Assembly (NCBI GenBank): GCA_964469715.1
Contig: CAYYCB010000001.1
Location: 21,777-68,766, forward strand
DNA: 46,990 nt
Direction of reading: 5' to 3'
Source: an uncultured Ktedonobacterales bacterium
GTDB lineage: Bacteria; Chloroflexota; Ktedonobacteria; Ktedonobacterales; JADMIN01
Shown here piece after piece: positions 17,611 through 27,949 of the stretch (the stretch's first letter is position 1; each line of letters opens with the position of its first letter). The notes under the pieces are model-generated. The model did not search any database, was not told where the DNA came from, and saw nothing but the letters and a program-made list of their open reading frames with translations. The translations under genes and the position numbers were made by a program.

Positions 17611-19572
17611 ATGGCAGCGGTGGAGCAGGCCGTCCGGTTGCAGGGGGCTGGCACCGATCCTTCGGGCTCGGCAACAGTCACCGATATAGCCGCACAACTC
17701 GCTGCGGAGATGCAAGGTCTTCGCGTCGCGCTGGTGCATGACTATCTGCTGCATATGCGCGGTGGTGAGCGTGTCTTCGCTACCCTACGGCGCATATACC
17801 CACATGCCGACGTTTTCGCGCTCGTCTACGACCACGCGGCGATGGAGAGCGCATATGACTTCGGCGCAGTAAAGACGTCCTTCATTCAGCATCTGCCCCT
17901 TGCTCGTAGTCATTTCCGCGCCTATCTGCCCCTCTATCCAATCGCAGCGGCGCATCTCGACCTCGCAAGCTACGACCTGATCATCAGCAGCAGCAGTGCC
18001 TGGGTTCACGGCGTGCAAAACGTTGGGCATGCTTGGCACATCTGCTACTGCCACACACCCTTCCGCTTCGCCTGGAGCGAATACGAGCGAATCATCGGTC
18101 CATGCAGCCCCTATGCTCCACCCGTGCGATGGGCGCTGCGGCCTATCCTCGCGAGCGTCCGCCGCCATGACGTCGCCATGGCACAGCGGGTGGATCACTA
18201 CATCGCCAACTCCCACGTCGTGCAGGAGCGGATCGCGCAATACTACGGCCGGACGAGCACAGTCATCCATCCTCCCTTAGACACCGTACGATTCAAACCA
18301 TCTCGCGAGCACGACACCTATTTCCTCGTCGTCTCGGCACTCGTCGACTACAAGCGCGTAGACGTGGCTGTGCGAGCGTTCACGCGGCTCGGCTGGCCAC
18401 TGATGATCGTCGGCGACGGTCCTCAACGCGACACTCTCAAACGCATTGCCGGGCCTAGCGTCCACTTCCTTGGTACCGTGCCTGACTACCTGCTGGCCCA
18501 CCTCTATAAGCGCTGCCAGGCGCTCATCTTCACCGCAAATGAAGACTTTGGCATCGCCCCACTTGAAGCCCAGGCCAGCGGGCGCCCTGTGGTCGCCTTC
18601 GCCGCCGGCGGCGCGCTTGAAACGGTCGTGCCAGGGAAGACGGGTATGCTGTTCCCGGCGCAGGAGCCGGGCGCACTCGTGGACGCGCTGCGATCGTTTG
18701 ACCCGGACGCCTTTGAACCGCGGACACTCCATGCGCACGCTCGTCACTTCGGCGAGGACCGGTTTGCCGCGGAGTTCGCGTCCCTGGTGCGCGAGCAGCT
18801 TCCACAGATTCGCGAACGCAAGCGTGCCTCGGAGCGAGCATCCGCACCTGCATTCGGCACGCAACCCCATGACGCAGGCATCTCACGCCTAATGGTCACA
18901 CCGGGCGAAGATGCAGCCCTTGCGCATGACGAGACAAGCCACGAGAGCGAGCTTGCCGTCCGGCGCAACCAGCCATATGAGGCGGCGAAACGGACGTTGG
19001 ACATCATCGGGAGTGCGGTGGGGCTAACACTGCTCGCCCCGTTGTTCGCCGCTATTGCCGTGCGGATCAAGCTCGAAGACCGTGGGCCCGCCATCTACCG
19101 TCGCGAGGTCATAGGTCGAGGCGGGCGCCGGTTCGAAGCCCTCAAGTTTCGCACCATGATCCCCAATGCGGACGCCTACCTGCTTAGTCATCCCGACCTA
19201 GCCGCCGAGTATGCCGAGAACGTCAAGCTGCGCCGCGATCCTCGTGTTACTCGGGTGGGCGCCGTGCTTCGTCGCACAAGTCTGGACGAACTTCCGCAGC
19301 TCGTCAATGTGCTGCGCGGAGAAATGAGCCTGGTAGGTCCGCGCATGATCCATCCGTCCGAGCGCGAACGCTTCGGCGCATTGGCAGACCTACGCGAGCA
19401 GGTATTACCGGGCATCACGGGCTTATGGCAGGTTAGCGGCAGGCAGGACGTCTCGTACGACGAGCGAATCCGACTCGACCAGCGATATCTCCGCGAGCGG
19501 TCGCTCAAGCTGGACCTTCAGATTCTAGCTCGTACGGCGCTCGTGCTTCTGCACCGCGAAGGAGCGTATTGA
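17611..19572 (+). CDS. Bifunctional fusion: N-terminal GT4 glycosyltransferase plus C-terminal small polyprenyl-phosphate phosphoglycosyl transferase (Bac_transf)
   Basis: N-terminal half: [19 protein letters not shown]...[39 protein letters not shown]-terminal half: [26 protein letters not shown] (re-entrant helix), [73 protein letters not shown]. Confidence 0.85.
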   Translation: MAAVEQAVRLQGAGTDPSGSATVTDIAAQLAAEMQGLRVALVHDYLLHMRGGERVFATLRRIYPHADVFALVYDHAAMESAYDFGAVKTSFIQHLPLARSHFRAYLPLYPIAAAHLDLASYDLIISSSSAWVHGVQNVGHAWHICYCHTPFRFAWSEYERIIGPCSPYAPPVRWALRPILASVRRHDVAMAQRVDHYIANSHVVQERIAQYYGRTSTVIHPPLDTVRFKPSREHDTYFLVVSALVDYKRVDVAVRAFTRLGWPLMIVGDGPQRDTLKRIAGPSVHFLGTVPDYLLAHLYKRCQALIFTANEDFGIAPLEAQASGRPVVAFAAGGALETVVPGKTGMLFPAQEPGALVDALRSFDPDAFEPRTLHAHARHFGEDRFAAEFASLVREQLPQIRERKRASERASAPAFGTQPHDAGISRLMVTPGEDAALAHDETSHESELAVRRNQPYEAAKRTLDIIGSAVGLTLLAPLFAAIAVRIKLEDRGPAIYRREVIGRGGRRFEALKFRTMIPNADAYLLSHPDLAAEYAENVKLRRDPRVTRVGAVLRRTSLDELPQLVNVLRGEMSLVGPRMIHPSERERFGALADLREQVLPGITGLWQVSGRQDVSYDERIRLDQRYLRERSLKLDLQILARTALVLLHREGAY

Positions 19573-19614
19573 GACAGCCGGTACAGCCATATACGTCGAG
19601 AGGAGATCGGCAAC

Positions 19615-20583
19615 ATGCGCATTCTCGTCACGGGCGGAGCCGGGTTCATCGGCTCGCACATCGCTGAGGCGTACCTGGCCGCGGGGCACGACGTTGCAGT
19701 AGTCGACAACCTGTGGCTGCATGGCGGCGGTAAGTTGGCCAACTTGCCCCCTGGCGTCCGCTTCTATGCCGTCGGCATCGAGGACCGCGCGCTCGCCGAA
19801 GTCTTCGACCGCGAGCAACCAGATATTGTCAATCACCAGGCAGCCCAGCATAGCGTGAAGATATCGACGGATGATCCGAGCTTCGATGCGCGCGTCAATG
19901 TGCTGGGGCTGCTCAACGTACTGGAAAACGCTAGTCGGCACCACGTACGCAAGGTGATCTTCGCCTCATCCGGCGCCACCTATGGCACCCCTGAGTACGT
20001 ACCGATGGACGAGAAGACGCCGCAGCGGCCAGAATCGCCGTATGGCATCACCAAGATGGCGGCCGAACACTATCTGAGGTACTACAGCGCTGCTCACGAT
20101 CTCAATTTCACCGCATTCCGGTATGGGAACGTCTACGGGCCCCGGCAGGACCCCAGCGGCGAGGCCGGCGTGATCGCCATCTTCGCGCATCGTCTGCTCA
20201 CTGGGCAGCCCGTGCGCATAGACTGGGATGGCGAGCAGGCCAAGGATTACGTGTATGTCGGCGACATCGCACACGCAAGCGTCCTGGCGTTGGAGCGTGG
20301 CGACTGCGACTTCTTCTGCCTCGGCACGGGGATCTGCACCTCGGTCAACGAGCTGCATCGCAAGCTTGTCGAGATCGTTGGCCGCAAGACGCCGGTCATC
20401 CGGGCGTCAAAGCGGCCCGGCGACGTACATCTGGCATACTTCGACTGCGCGCATGCTAGCGAGAATTTGGGTTGGATTCCGCGAATCGGCCTCGATGAGG
20501 GTTTGACCGAGACGGTGGCGTACTTCGAGGCCCTCCTGGCGACAAACCGCGCGACGCCAGTGCCTGCGCGATCGGCAAGCTGA
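19615..20583 (+). CDS. SDR-family NAD-dependent sugar-nucleotide epimerase/dehydratase (GalE-like)
   Basis: MRILVTGGAGFIGSH. Catalytic SSGATYG...SPYGITKMAAE (YxxxK). RBS GAGAGGAG. Confidence 0.85.
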   Translation: MRILVTGGAGFIGSHIAEAYLAAGHDVAVVDNLWLHGGGKLANLPPGVRFYAVGIEDRALAEVFDREQPDIVNHQAAQHSVKISTDDPSFDARVNVLGLLNVLENASRHHVRKVIFASSGATYGTPEYVPMDEKTPQRPESPYGITKMAAEHYLRYYSAAHDLNFTAFRYGNVYGPRQDPSGEAGVIAIFAHRLLTGQPVRIDWDGEQAKDYVYVGDIAHASVLALERGDCDFFCLGTGICTSVNELHRKLVEIVGRKTPVIRASKRPGDVHLAYFDCAHASENLGWIPRIGLDEGLTETVAYFEALLATNRATPVPARSAS

Positions 20584-20649
20584 GTGAACTATTCGCAGGT
20601 CGCGTCACGCCTACGCCCTGCCAGCCGCCAAACCAAGGCGACATCGTCA

Positions 20650-22344
20650 TCACAAATAGCCGAGATTGGTGAGCCGTTCCCTGATGCTTTCTTCCTCCTG
20701 CGGAGCAAGCACATAGGCGGCGTCCTGCTCTCCAGCATCCACACCGCCTCCTACTCCATCTGGCACGAGAACTGGAGAGGAGGCGGCATTCGCGACGCCG
20801 ACGGCCACACCCGCTGGCGAGGACGCGTGCGTGAACAGCCCTTCGATGACGTCTCCTTCCATCCATTGGGACGCGGGTAGGCCGAGCGCGGCCAGCACCG
20901 TCGGAGCAAATTGCAGCATGGACGCATTGCGGAGCGGCCTTCCGGCCGCGACGTCAGGACCCGCGGCGATGAGAATGCCGAGATCGTCGTGCCAGCCGCT
21001 GCGCGGCCCGTCGAGCTCGGTCGGCTTGAGGCGTGTGAATAGGGGGCCGCTTGAGTTCGATCCCACTCGGTACAGGGGGTGTAGCCGGAAGACGATATCG
21101 GGCGCGCCATCCGCATGTCTATGCCCGAACACCTCCTCCCTCCTAAACACTTCCGATACGAGTTGCTCGCCCGTGCCCGGAACTCGCAGGTCGCGCAATT
21201 GGCTGATGATGGCTTCCCGGAGCTCCTCATACTCATCATTCGCGTCCACTATGCCGGTAGGCTGGCGGCCCGCGACATTCAGGGCGATTCCCTCCACTTG
21301 AGCAGTGATCATGAAGCGGTACGCTCGTGTGTGTGCCCAGTCAATTTGCGACGCCCCGCTGCGCAATGAGCTACGCAAGTCATCGAAGCGCTCCAAATTG
21401 ACGCGCCGACCAAGCTTCAAAATCCGAGCGCGTAGAGCCGCGGGCAGCAGCCAGCGCCGCGCCGCATAGAGGCGCTGGGCAGCGCGAGGTCCACCCGGCC
21501 GCACCTGCAACCAGCCTTGCTGGGCGAGCCAGGCATTGAGGTGGAAGGCGTTGGGCGCAGCCATCGCCCCGCCATGGTCCGAGACGACAAATACGGTCGT
21601 CTCTGGGCCGGCATGGGAAAGGAGCCGTCCTACCGCACGATCCAGGGCCTCGTAGACACGAGGGATGAACTCCCCGAAACGCCTGGCATCCTGCTCGTTA
21701 TACGCGGGGCAATTCGGATCATGGTAGCGCCAGAAATAGTGATGAGCCGCGTCGGAGTCCTGATAGACCACCATGAACAGGTCCGGCGACTCCTCGTCGA
21801 GCACTTGTTCGCAGAGGCGCGTCAGCAGTTGGATACGTTCGAGCGAGAAGCGTAGGCGTTTCGTTGGTGACTGTGTTCGCGTGATGTCATGGAGTTTACC
21901 AACGCGCCCTGCCAGGCTTGGCGGGAAAGCGGCTGCGGGCGATCCGCCCGGAGATGGATAACCGGAGATCATGACGCCGTTTACCGGCCAGGCAGGGAAT
22001 GTCAGCGGGACATGCATCGCAGCGACACGCAAGCCGTGTCGGCTGGCCACATCAAAAATCGTCCGACCGCGCTTCGTCTGGGATGTCACGATGCCAGCCC
22101 GGCCGGTGTAGTTGCCAAGAGTCAGCTTATGAAAATAAAGAATGCCGTGATTGCCGGGGCTTTCACCCGTGACACATGTGGTCCAGGAGGCGGCAGTGTG
22201 AGGCGGGAATGTGGACCGAAGCTCACCCGCTGCCCCCCGTCCGAGCAAACCCGCCAAGTTGGGCAGCCGCCCCTGCTTCACAAGCGGCTCGATGAAGTGG
22301 AATGTCGCACCATCAAGACCAATGATCATGACTCGCGGCGCCAT
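20650..22344 (-). CDS. AP superfamily NPP-like protein (paralog 3 of 4)
   Basis: ORF 20650..22362. ATG 22344 after GAGGGGG. IIGLDGATF, FPPHTAASWTTCVTGESPGNHG, VVSDHGG, WHDDLGILIAAGP. Ends ...RERLTNLGYL. Confidence 0.85.
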   Translation of the reverse strand: MAPRVMIIGLDGATFHFIEPLVKQGRLPNLAGLLGRGAAGELRSTFPPHTAASWTTCVTGESPGNHGILYFHKLTLGNYTGRAGIVTSQTKRGRTIFDVASRHGLRVAAMHVPLTFPAWPVNGVMISGYPSPGGSPAAAFPPSLAGRVGKLHDITRTQSPTKRLRFSLERIQLLTRLCEQVLDEESPDLFMVVYQDSDAAHHYFWRYHDPNCPAYNEQDARRFGEFIPRVYEALDRAVGRLLSHAGPETTVFVVSDHGGAMAAPNAFHLNAWLAQQGWLQVRPGGPRAAQRLYAARRWLLPAALRARILKLGRRVNLERFDDLRSSLRSGASQIDWAHTRAYRFMITAQVEGIALNVAGRQPTGIVDANDEYEELREAIISQLRDLRVPGTGEQLVSEVFRREEVFGHRHADGAPDIVFRLHPLYRVGSNSSGPLFTRLKPTELDGPRSGWHDDLGILIAAGPDVAAGRPLRNASMLQFAPTVLAALGLPASQWMEGDVIEGLFTHASSPAGVAVGVANAASSPVLVPDGVGGGVDAGEQDAAYVLAPQEEESIRERLTNLGYL

Positions 22345-22430
22345 GCGGCAGCCCCCTCTCACGCATTGTTTGCCCAGATGCTGAGTCGCAAAGACATGAC
22401 TCGCGCCTCACGGTGAGCGCGCGAATCCGA

Positions 22431-24104
22431 TCAGAGGTATCCGAGACTATGCAGACGACTCTTTATGCTCTGCTCTTCCTCCAAGGTCAGCGCGGCGCCC
22501 TCAGCGGCGTCGGTTTCCCAGCCCTTCTCCTCGGTGTCTACGCGCGGCGCACCACGCGCCTCTACTGATGCGCCAACCGGATCGCGGTAGCCTTCCGCCT
22601 CCAGCAGGTCAAACGGCACATGCCCTTCCATCCACGGCGCCGGCTCAAGGTCCAGGAGGCGCATCACGAGCGGCGCCATATCAAGCAGGCGCGGTTGCCC
22701 ACCCTCTCCACGGCGAATGAGCGGCCCTGCTGCGACGAAAATGCCCTCAGGCTCGTGCCAGCCGCCTAGATTGCGACGTAGATCATCAAGTGGAACCGAC
22801 GAAAAGATCTCCCCGCTCAGGTTGCGGCCGCCGCGATAGCTCGGGTGTAGGCGCAGCAGAATGTCCGGCGCCCGCTCGCTGTACTTGCCCGAGAAAACCT
22901 CCTCACGCCGATATGCCGAACGGATGAGTGGTTGCCCATCGAGCGGAGCACGCAGTTCCTTCAGCATCGAGAGAAGCTGATCGCGCAGGTCCTCGTAGGC
23001 CCTTCCAGGCGCTACGTTACCCCAGGGCTGGCGACCTGCGACATTCAGCATGATGCCTTCAATCTCGGCCGTCACCGCAAACCGAAAGGCGTGCGTACGT
23101 CTCCAGTCCACGTCTTCCAGGTTGAAGTAGTAGGTCTCAGCAGCCGTGGCAGCGGCGATAGGCAGGGCGCCTCCCAGGACCCGTTTGACTCTGGCCCGCA
23201 CTCGTGCCGGCAAGAGCCACCGGCGAGCCTCGTAGAGATCCGAGCGGAGTCGGTGTCTGTGTCGAGCAAGGTGGCCCACAGATGCCAACCATGCGTTCAG
23301 GTGAAAGAGCTGAGTCGGGGCCAGACAGCCTCCATGATCCGAGAGCACCAGCAGATGGGTATTCGGACCGGCAAAACTGAGGAGCTCGCCGATGCCGTCG
23401 TCAATCTCGCGGTACACGCGCTCGATGACGTCGCCGTACTGCGCCGCTTCAGCTTCTTCATATGCTGGGCTGTCGGGGTCCGTGTAGCGCCAGAACCAGT
23501 GGTGCGCTATGTCGGATTGTTGATAGACGAGTGTGAATAGATCGACGTCGCCGGATGCGAGCACCTCACATCCGATTCGGGTGGTTCGCCGGACCTCCTC
23601 CAGCAATAGCTGCGCGCGCTGCCCAGGCGTGGGCGTATCACTAGGATCCCGCATCCCTGGAATCTGCCGGGACAGTTCCCTGGGATAGGTGTAGTTGCCA
23701 GATTCCGGGCTAGGATACCCGCTGACCAAAACGCCGTTTATTGGCCACGCTGGATAGGTCATGGGCACGCGCACCGCGGCGACCCGAAGGCCGTACTCTC
23801 CCGCCACATCCAGAAACGTCCGCCCCGCAATCGCCGCGGATGTGACCAACCGTGCTCCCGCGCCATAGCCGCCAATCGTCATCTCGTCGAAATTCAGGAT
23901 TCCATGGCTGCCCGGATGTTGCCCAGTGAGAAACGTCGGCCACCCCGCGGCAGTGTGGGGAGGAATAGTCGAGAGCAGAGATGCCCGATTTCCTGTACGA
24001 ATGATGCTCGCGAGATTCGGAAGCTTGCCGGCCGCGAGTAGCGGATCTATGACGCGAAACGTGGCGCCGTCGAGGCCAATGACTATGAGACGCGGTCGTG
24101 CCAT
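22431..24104 (-). CDS. AP superfamily NPP-like protein (paralog 4 of 4)
   Basis: ATG 24104 lies 5 nt after the wzx stop, with GAGGAG upstream. VIGLDGATF, IPPHTAAGWPTFLTGQHPGSHG, VLSDHGG, WHEPEGIFVAAGP. Ends ...KSRLHSLGYL. Confidence 0.85.
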   Translation of the reverse strand: MARPRLIVIGLDGATFRVIDPLLAAGKLPNLASIIRTGNRASLLSTIPPHTAAGWPTFLTGQHPGSHGILNFDEMTIGGYGAGARLVTSAAIAGRTFLDVAGEYGLRVAAVRVPMTYPAWPINGVLVSGYPSPESGNYTYPRELSRQIPGMRDPSDTPTPGQRAQLLLEEVRRTTRIGCEVLASGDVDLFTLVYQQSDIAHHWFWRYTDPDSPAYEEAEAAQYGDVIERVYREIDDGIGELLSFAGPNTHLLVLSDHGGCLAPTQLFHLNAWLASVGHLARHRHRLRSDLYEARRWLLPARVRARVKRVLGGALPIAAATAAETYYFNLEDVDWRRTHAFRFAVTAEIEGIMLNVAGRQPWGNVAPGRAYEDLRDQLLSMLKELRAPLDGQPLIRSAYRREEVFSGKYSERAPDILLRLHPSYRGGRNLSGEIFSSVPLDDLRRNLGGWHEPEGIFVAAGPLIRRGEGGQPRLLDMAPLVMRLLDLEPAPWMEGHVPFDLLEAEGYRDPVGASVEARGAPRVDTEEKGWETDAAEGAALTLEEEQSIKSRLHSLGYL

Positions 24105-24109
24105 CCTGC

Positions 24110-26059
24110 CTACTCCTCTCTCGATTGGAAAGCCCGATCCGCCCTGATATGTCTTGCCACGGCAGAAGTGGCGCTCGGCGCCACAACGAGCATGATGAGG
24201 GCGATGACGTTCATGCGTGCGACCAAGAGTACTGTGGCAGGTAGGCTCCGTTGCCTGCCTGCCACAGCCTCTGACGTCGAGCAGGCGGTACGAGGATCAG
24301 ACTCGCAGCGCACCGAGGATGCGGCGCGCCATTCCCGCACCCGTCTCCGCGGCTTGCATTGAGGCAGCAAACCACTGGAGAGAATGACCGATGCGCTCGC
24401 GATGATCAGCGCGAACATGATGTAGTGCATGGTGCGAGGCCGGCCATGCCCGTCCAGATGTTGAAGGATCGCCTGCTTCTCCTCGCCCTTCACCGACCGG
24501 ATTCCGACCGTCTGAGGCTGCGAGCTCCGCAGTCTCACGACCACTTCTACCAGGTGTGCCCGAAGGGCGAGGGAGCAGAGCAGGAGATACCCGACGCAGA
24601 AAATGCTGCCCTCGGCCATGGCCGCCAGCCATGAGTGCGCGCCTGCTGGACCGCGCAAGACATGGGCTGCAAGCACAGCGACAAGAGCCGCCAAGAATGA
24701 CAGACTCACCGGGAGAGCAATCGGCCTCAGCAGTTGCGAGGCGCGGGCACCTACAAGGTGAGCTACATAGGCGAAGGCGACAATGGTGGCGGCAATCTTG
24801 GCTCCGGTGAAGAGCATGCTGGTGCCGATAATGCCGAAGCGGAGCGGAGCCGGGATTAAGAGAGGGATGACGATCACAAGTTGCAAGCCGGAGATCCACC
24901 AGAACTCGCGTGCCCGTCCGACTCCATTGCATAGGTTGCGCATGACCTGGAAATAGGTGTGCGCGAAGCCGTAGATAGCAAGCACCTGAAGCGGGATGTA
25001 GGCTGGAGCCCATTTGTGTCCGTAGACGACCGACAATGCGATTGGCCCAAGCAATAGGGTGCCGATACAGAGCGGTGCGGCGTAATAACTCACCCAGCGT
25101 AGTGTCACCTGCAACGAGCGGCTCTGTTCCTCGCGCCGGCCCTGCAGTTTCGCATAGAGCGGGAGGAGCACACTCGAGACGACACCTCCAGTGATGACCT
25201 GGGCGGGGAAGTACGCGAGGAGAAATGCGAAGGCGTAATAGCCTAGCTCCCGAGCCCCCAGCAGTCGGCCAATTGATGCATTGTCGAGGTTGGTGAAGAA
25301 AAAGATCAGTAGCGCGCCGCCCAGAACGTACCGACCGTAGTTCAGCAGTTCTCTCAGTAACTTTGGATCCCAGCGTGGTCGCGGCCGATACTCGGAGAGT
25401 TTGTAAAGACCGACCGTCCAGACGGCGTAAGCAGCCACCTGGCCCCACCCCACAGATGCGGGGCCTACTCCCCAGATGGCGAGCAGCACCGAGCAGGCAG
25501 CAGTGATCAGTGGCCGCGCGGATTCGAGCCACATCTTGCGCCGGAACCGCAGCTCTTTCTCAAAGAGCGTATCGGGAACCACACCAACCGAGTTAATGAA
25601 GAAGGCGCATGCCATAAGACGCAAGACGGTCGCACTCGCGGGGCTATGGAAGAACGCTCCGAGTCCATCGGCGCCCACCCAGGCCAAAATGCAGAAAGCC
25701 GCGCCCATCGCTCCCGAGAGCACCACCATCTGATCCGCGGCCTCGCGCACGCGATCGGCACGATGGATCAAGGTCTGGAAGACGAAAGCATTCCGCAAGA
25801 TGGTGAAAGCACTGATGACAAGCGTGCCCACGCCGATTGCGCCGAAGTCCGCCGGAGCGAGGAGGCGAGCCAGAAATAGCGTGGCAAGCAGGTTGGCCAC
25901 CTGGCCGATGGCAGTGGCGGTGGTCAGCGCAAGCAATGATTCGACCACCCGGCCGCGGATGTCGCCATGCGGATGCATCCTGGGTCGCGACAGGGCCGAA
26001 CCGCTCGGCGGAGCGGTAGGAGCGCCCACTCCCGACTGCCGTGCAATCGCAGCCTTCAT
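24110..26059 (-). CDS. wzx: Wzx-type polysaccharide flippase (MOP superfamily) with a C-terminal extension
   Basis: ORF 24110..26101. Start uncertain (26059 or 25978). N-terminus LATLFLARLLAPADFGAIGVG is typical of polysaccharide biosynthesis protein / Wzx. About 12-14 hydrophobic helices, followed by an extra ~140 aa tail with 2 more hydrophobic segments. Confidence 0.75.
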   Translation of the reverse strand: MKAAIARQSGVGAPTAPPSGSALSRPRMHPHGDIRGRVVESLLALTTATAIGQVANLLATLFLARLLAPADFGAIGVGTLVISAFTILRNAFVFQTLIHRADRVREAADQMVVLSGAMGAAFCILAWVGADGLGAFFHSPASATVLRLMACAFFINSVGVVPDTLFEKELRFRRKMWLESARPLITAACSVLLAIWGVGPASVGWGQVAAYAVWTVGLYKLSEYRPRPRWDPKLLRELLNYGRYVLGGALLIFFFTNLDNASIGRLLGARELGYYAFAFLLAYFPAQVITGGVVSSVLLPLYAKLQGRREEQSRSLQVTLRWVSYYAAPLCIGTLLLGPIALSVVYGHKWAPAYIPLQVLAIYGFAHTYFQVMRNLCNGVGRAREFWWISGLQLVIVIPLLIPAPLRFGIIGTSMLFTGAKIAATIVAFAYVAHLVGARASQLLRPIALPVSLSFLAALVAVLAAHVLRGPAGAHSWLAAMAEGSIFCVGYLLLCSLALRAHLVEVVVRLRSSQPQTVGIRSVKGEEKQAILQHLDGHGRPRTMHYIMFALIIASASVILSSGLLPQCKPRRRVREWRAASSVRCESDPRTACSTSEAVAGRQRSLPATVLLVARMNVIALIMLVVAPSATSAVARHIRADRAFQSREE

Positions 26060-26458
26060 GCGGTCCTCGATGATTCCGTGGCACAGGCCGGGAATGCGCA
26101 ACGACTCAGTGGCACTATAGGTCGCTCAAACCCGCACGTAAATGGGCAGTCATGCCCACCGCCGCCCCGCCGACTATCCCCACAAGCTTGGGATGATAGA
26201 CATCCCTCCTATGTCGCCCCGTGAGCACTCGCGCTCGACGTAACAGCACGCTATCATCACGGTGCACGTCAACGAGATTGCTTCCACAGCCGCCTTGCTC
26301 GAGCGCTCATTCCCCCTCCCCACAACGATAGCCCAAACCTCCTATCTCAAGTTACTCGTGCCCGTATCGCTCGTTTCGATGAGCTATTGTGTGGGACGAA
26401 CTTGCGGCACTTGCTTCGAAGGGAGGCGGTGAATCCGCAGGTGGGTAAGGAGATAGCA

Positions 26459-27949
26459 ATGCGCATGAAGCCTCAGCAAGGCTCACCCGTTCGATACGAC
26501 GAATCACCCAACGTGGCATATGAGGCCAGGAGCTCCCAATTTGCCCGCACAGAGCGACTCGCGAACACGAGCGTGATGGATGTGGAACCTGGGATGTTCG
26601 ATGGGGAAGACAACAACCCATCAGTATGGCGGCCGTGGCCAGAGTATGCCGGCAACACCGGCAAGCCAGGGCTGCGCGCGCGGGACCGCTCGGTAGGTAC
26701 AGAGGAGCCGAAGGTTCGGCGCACCTCGACGGCTAAGCATCTGCTTCCGAGAGGACTCGCAATCCTGCTGATATTGGTCGCCGGGCTTATTGCCATCGGG
26801 CCAGTTCGCGCATTCGTGAGCGCACACGAAAGCGATGGAAATCACCATACCAGGCAAACGGCGCCAATAGCCACAACGCTGCCGTCCGGGGCGACAACGA
26901 CTACCCTCGCGTCAACGCCCACGGCTACTGGAGTTTCGCTACCAATAGCCGGCAGGACGGCGAATATGCAATTCACCGCCCAAGGGAATGCATCCGGGCC
27001 GAACCAGCCCGGTCTTCAGGGCGCAGATATTGAGATTCGCTGGAACTGGCTCGAGCCAAACGCCCCGATTAATGGTGTGCATCAATACGACTGGGCCCAG
27101 TTCGACAGCACCATCGCCCGCTGGCACGCCGCCGGCAAGCGCGTCATGCTCCTGGTCCACTACACCGATTACACCGGGTCGTGCTCTAGCCAACAGGAGA
27201 TGCCCGCGTGGGAGATCGCCCGCATCCAACATGTGTGCGATTCGGCCTACGGAGTGGTCACTCCGAATTACTTCGACCCGACTTTCATCACCGACCTGCG
27301 GACCTTCGTGCACGCCATCGGCGACCACTACGCCGCCAGCCCCTATAAGGGCGACATCGCCTACGTGCGCGTCGGCACAGGCATTGGCGGCGAAGAGATT
27401 CCAAACCGCGGCGGCCCGACCAATCTCCCGGTCTGGAACCAGTTGCAGCAATGGGGCTACACCCCCATCGCATGGCGTAACTGGGTGGAGTCTCGCCTCT
27501 CGGATTACCAGGCGGCCTTCCCCTACACTACCGTGCTCAACAGCGTCAACACGCTCTGGGCCACCGATCCAGCCGCTGATCCGACGACGGGAATGACGGG
27601 GCTGAGCATTCAGTCCGAAATCGCCTATTGGGCGGCAGCGCATGGATTTGGCATCGGCTGCCAAACGCTCTCTCCGGGTTTCGACTACGCTAAGATCCGC
27701 GAGATTACAACCTACATCCGCGCGCACTGGCCCCAGACGTTCATCGAATTCCAGACCAAGACGGGCGTCGCAAGCGTCGCGGAGGTGCAGGGCGACATCC
27801 AGACAGCCTATTGCTACGGCGCCAAGGCCATCGAATGGTATGCGAACGTGGCTAACACCGCATCCTATCAGCAGGCGTTCCAGACATGGGAGCAGCTCAG
27901 TTCTGGGCAAATGTCCGCAGCGACTGCAAACATAGGCACCTGCCCGTAA
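26459..27949 (+). CDS. Membrane-anchored extracellular protein with a TIM-barrel-like putative glycoside hydrolase domain (paralog A)
   Basis: ORF 26387..27949. ATG 26459 after AAGGAG. Cytoplasmic ~100 aa, then TM LAILLILVAGLIAIGPV, a Thr-rich linker, then IRWNWLEPNAPINGVHQYDWAQFDSTIARWHAAGKRVMLLVHY (resembles the WxxLEPxxGxYDW opening of clan GH-A enzymes) and IGGEE. Confidence 0.7.
   Translation: MRMKPQQGSPVRYDESPNVAYEARSSQFARTERLANTSVMDVEPGMFDGEDNNPSVWRPWPEYAGNTGKPGLRARDRSVGTEEPKVRRTSTAKHLLPRGLAILLILVAGLIAIGPVRAFVSAHESDGNHHTRQTAPIATTLPSGATTTTLASTPTATGVSLPIAGRTANMQFTAQGNASGPNQPGLQGADIEIRWNWLEPNAPINGVHQYDWAQFDSTIARWHAAGKRVMLLVHYTDYTGSCSSQQEMPAWEIARIQHVCDSAYGVVTPNYFDPTFITDLRTFVHAIGDHYAASPYKGDIAYVRVGTGIGGEEIPNRGGPTNLPVWNQLQQWGYTPIAWRNWVESRLSDYQAAFPYTTVLNSVNTLWATDPAADPTTGMTGLSIQSEIAYWAAAHGFGIGCQTLSPGFDYAKIREITTYIRAHWPQTFIEFQTKTGVASVAEVQGDIQTAYCYGAKAIEWYANVANTASYQQAFQTWEQLSSGQMSAATANIGTCP
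27086..27370 (+). repeat. Copy 1 of a near-identical intragenic DNA tract shared by the two hydrolase paralogs
   Basis: 27113..27370 is base-for-base identical to 28550..28807 (258 bp, checked by eye). 27086..27112 has 3 mismatches. Flanks are clearly more diverged. Confidence 0.9.

Noticed and set aside
24297-25532. 411-aa ORF on the - strand inside the flippase region
   Set aside because: It is on the same strand as wzx but off-frame. It is extremely Arg/Pro/Gly/Cys-rich, whereas the wzx frame gives a coherent polytopic membrane protein.
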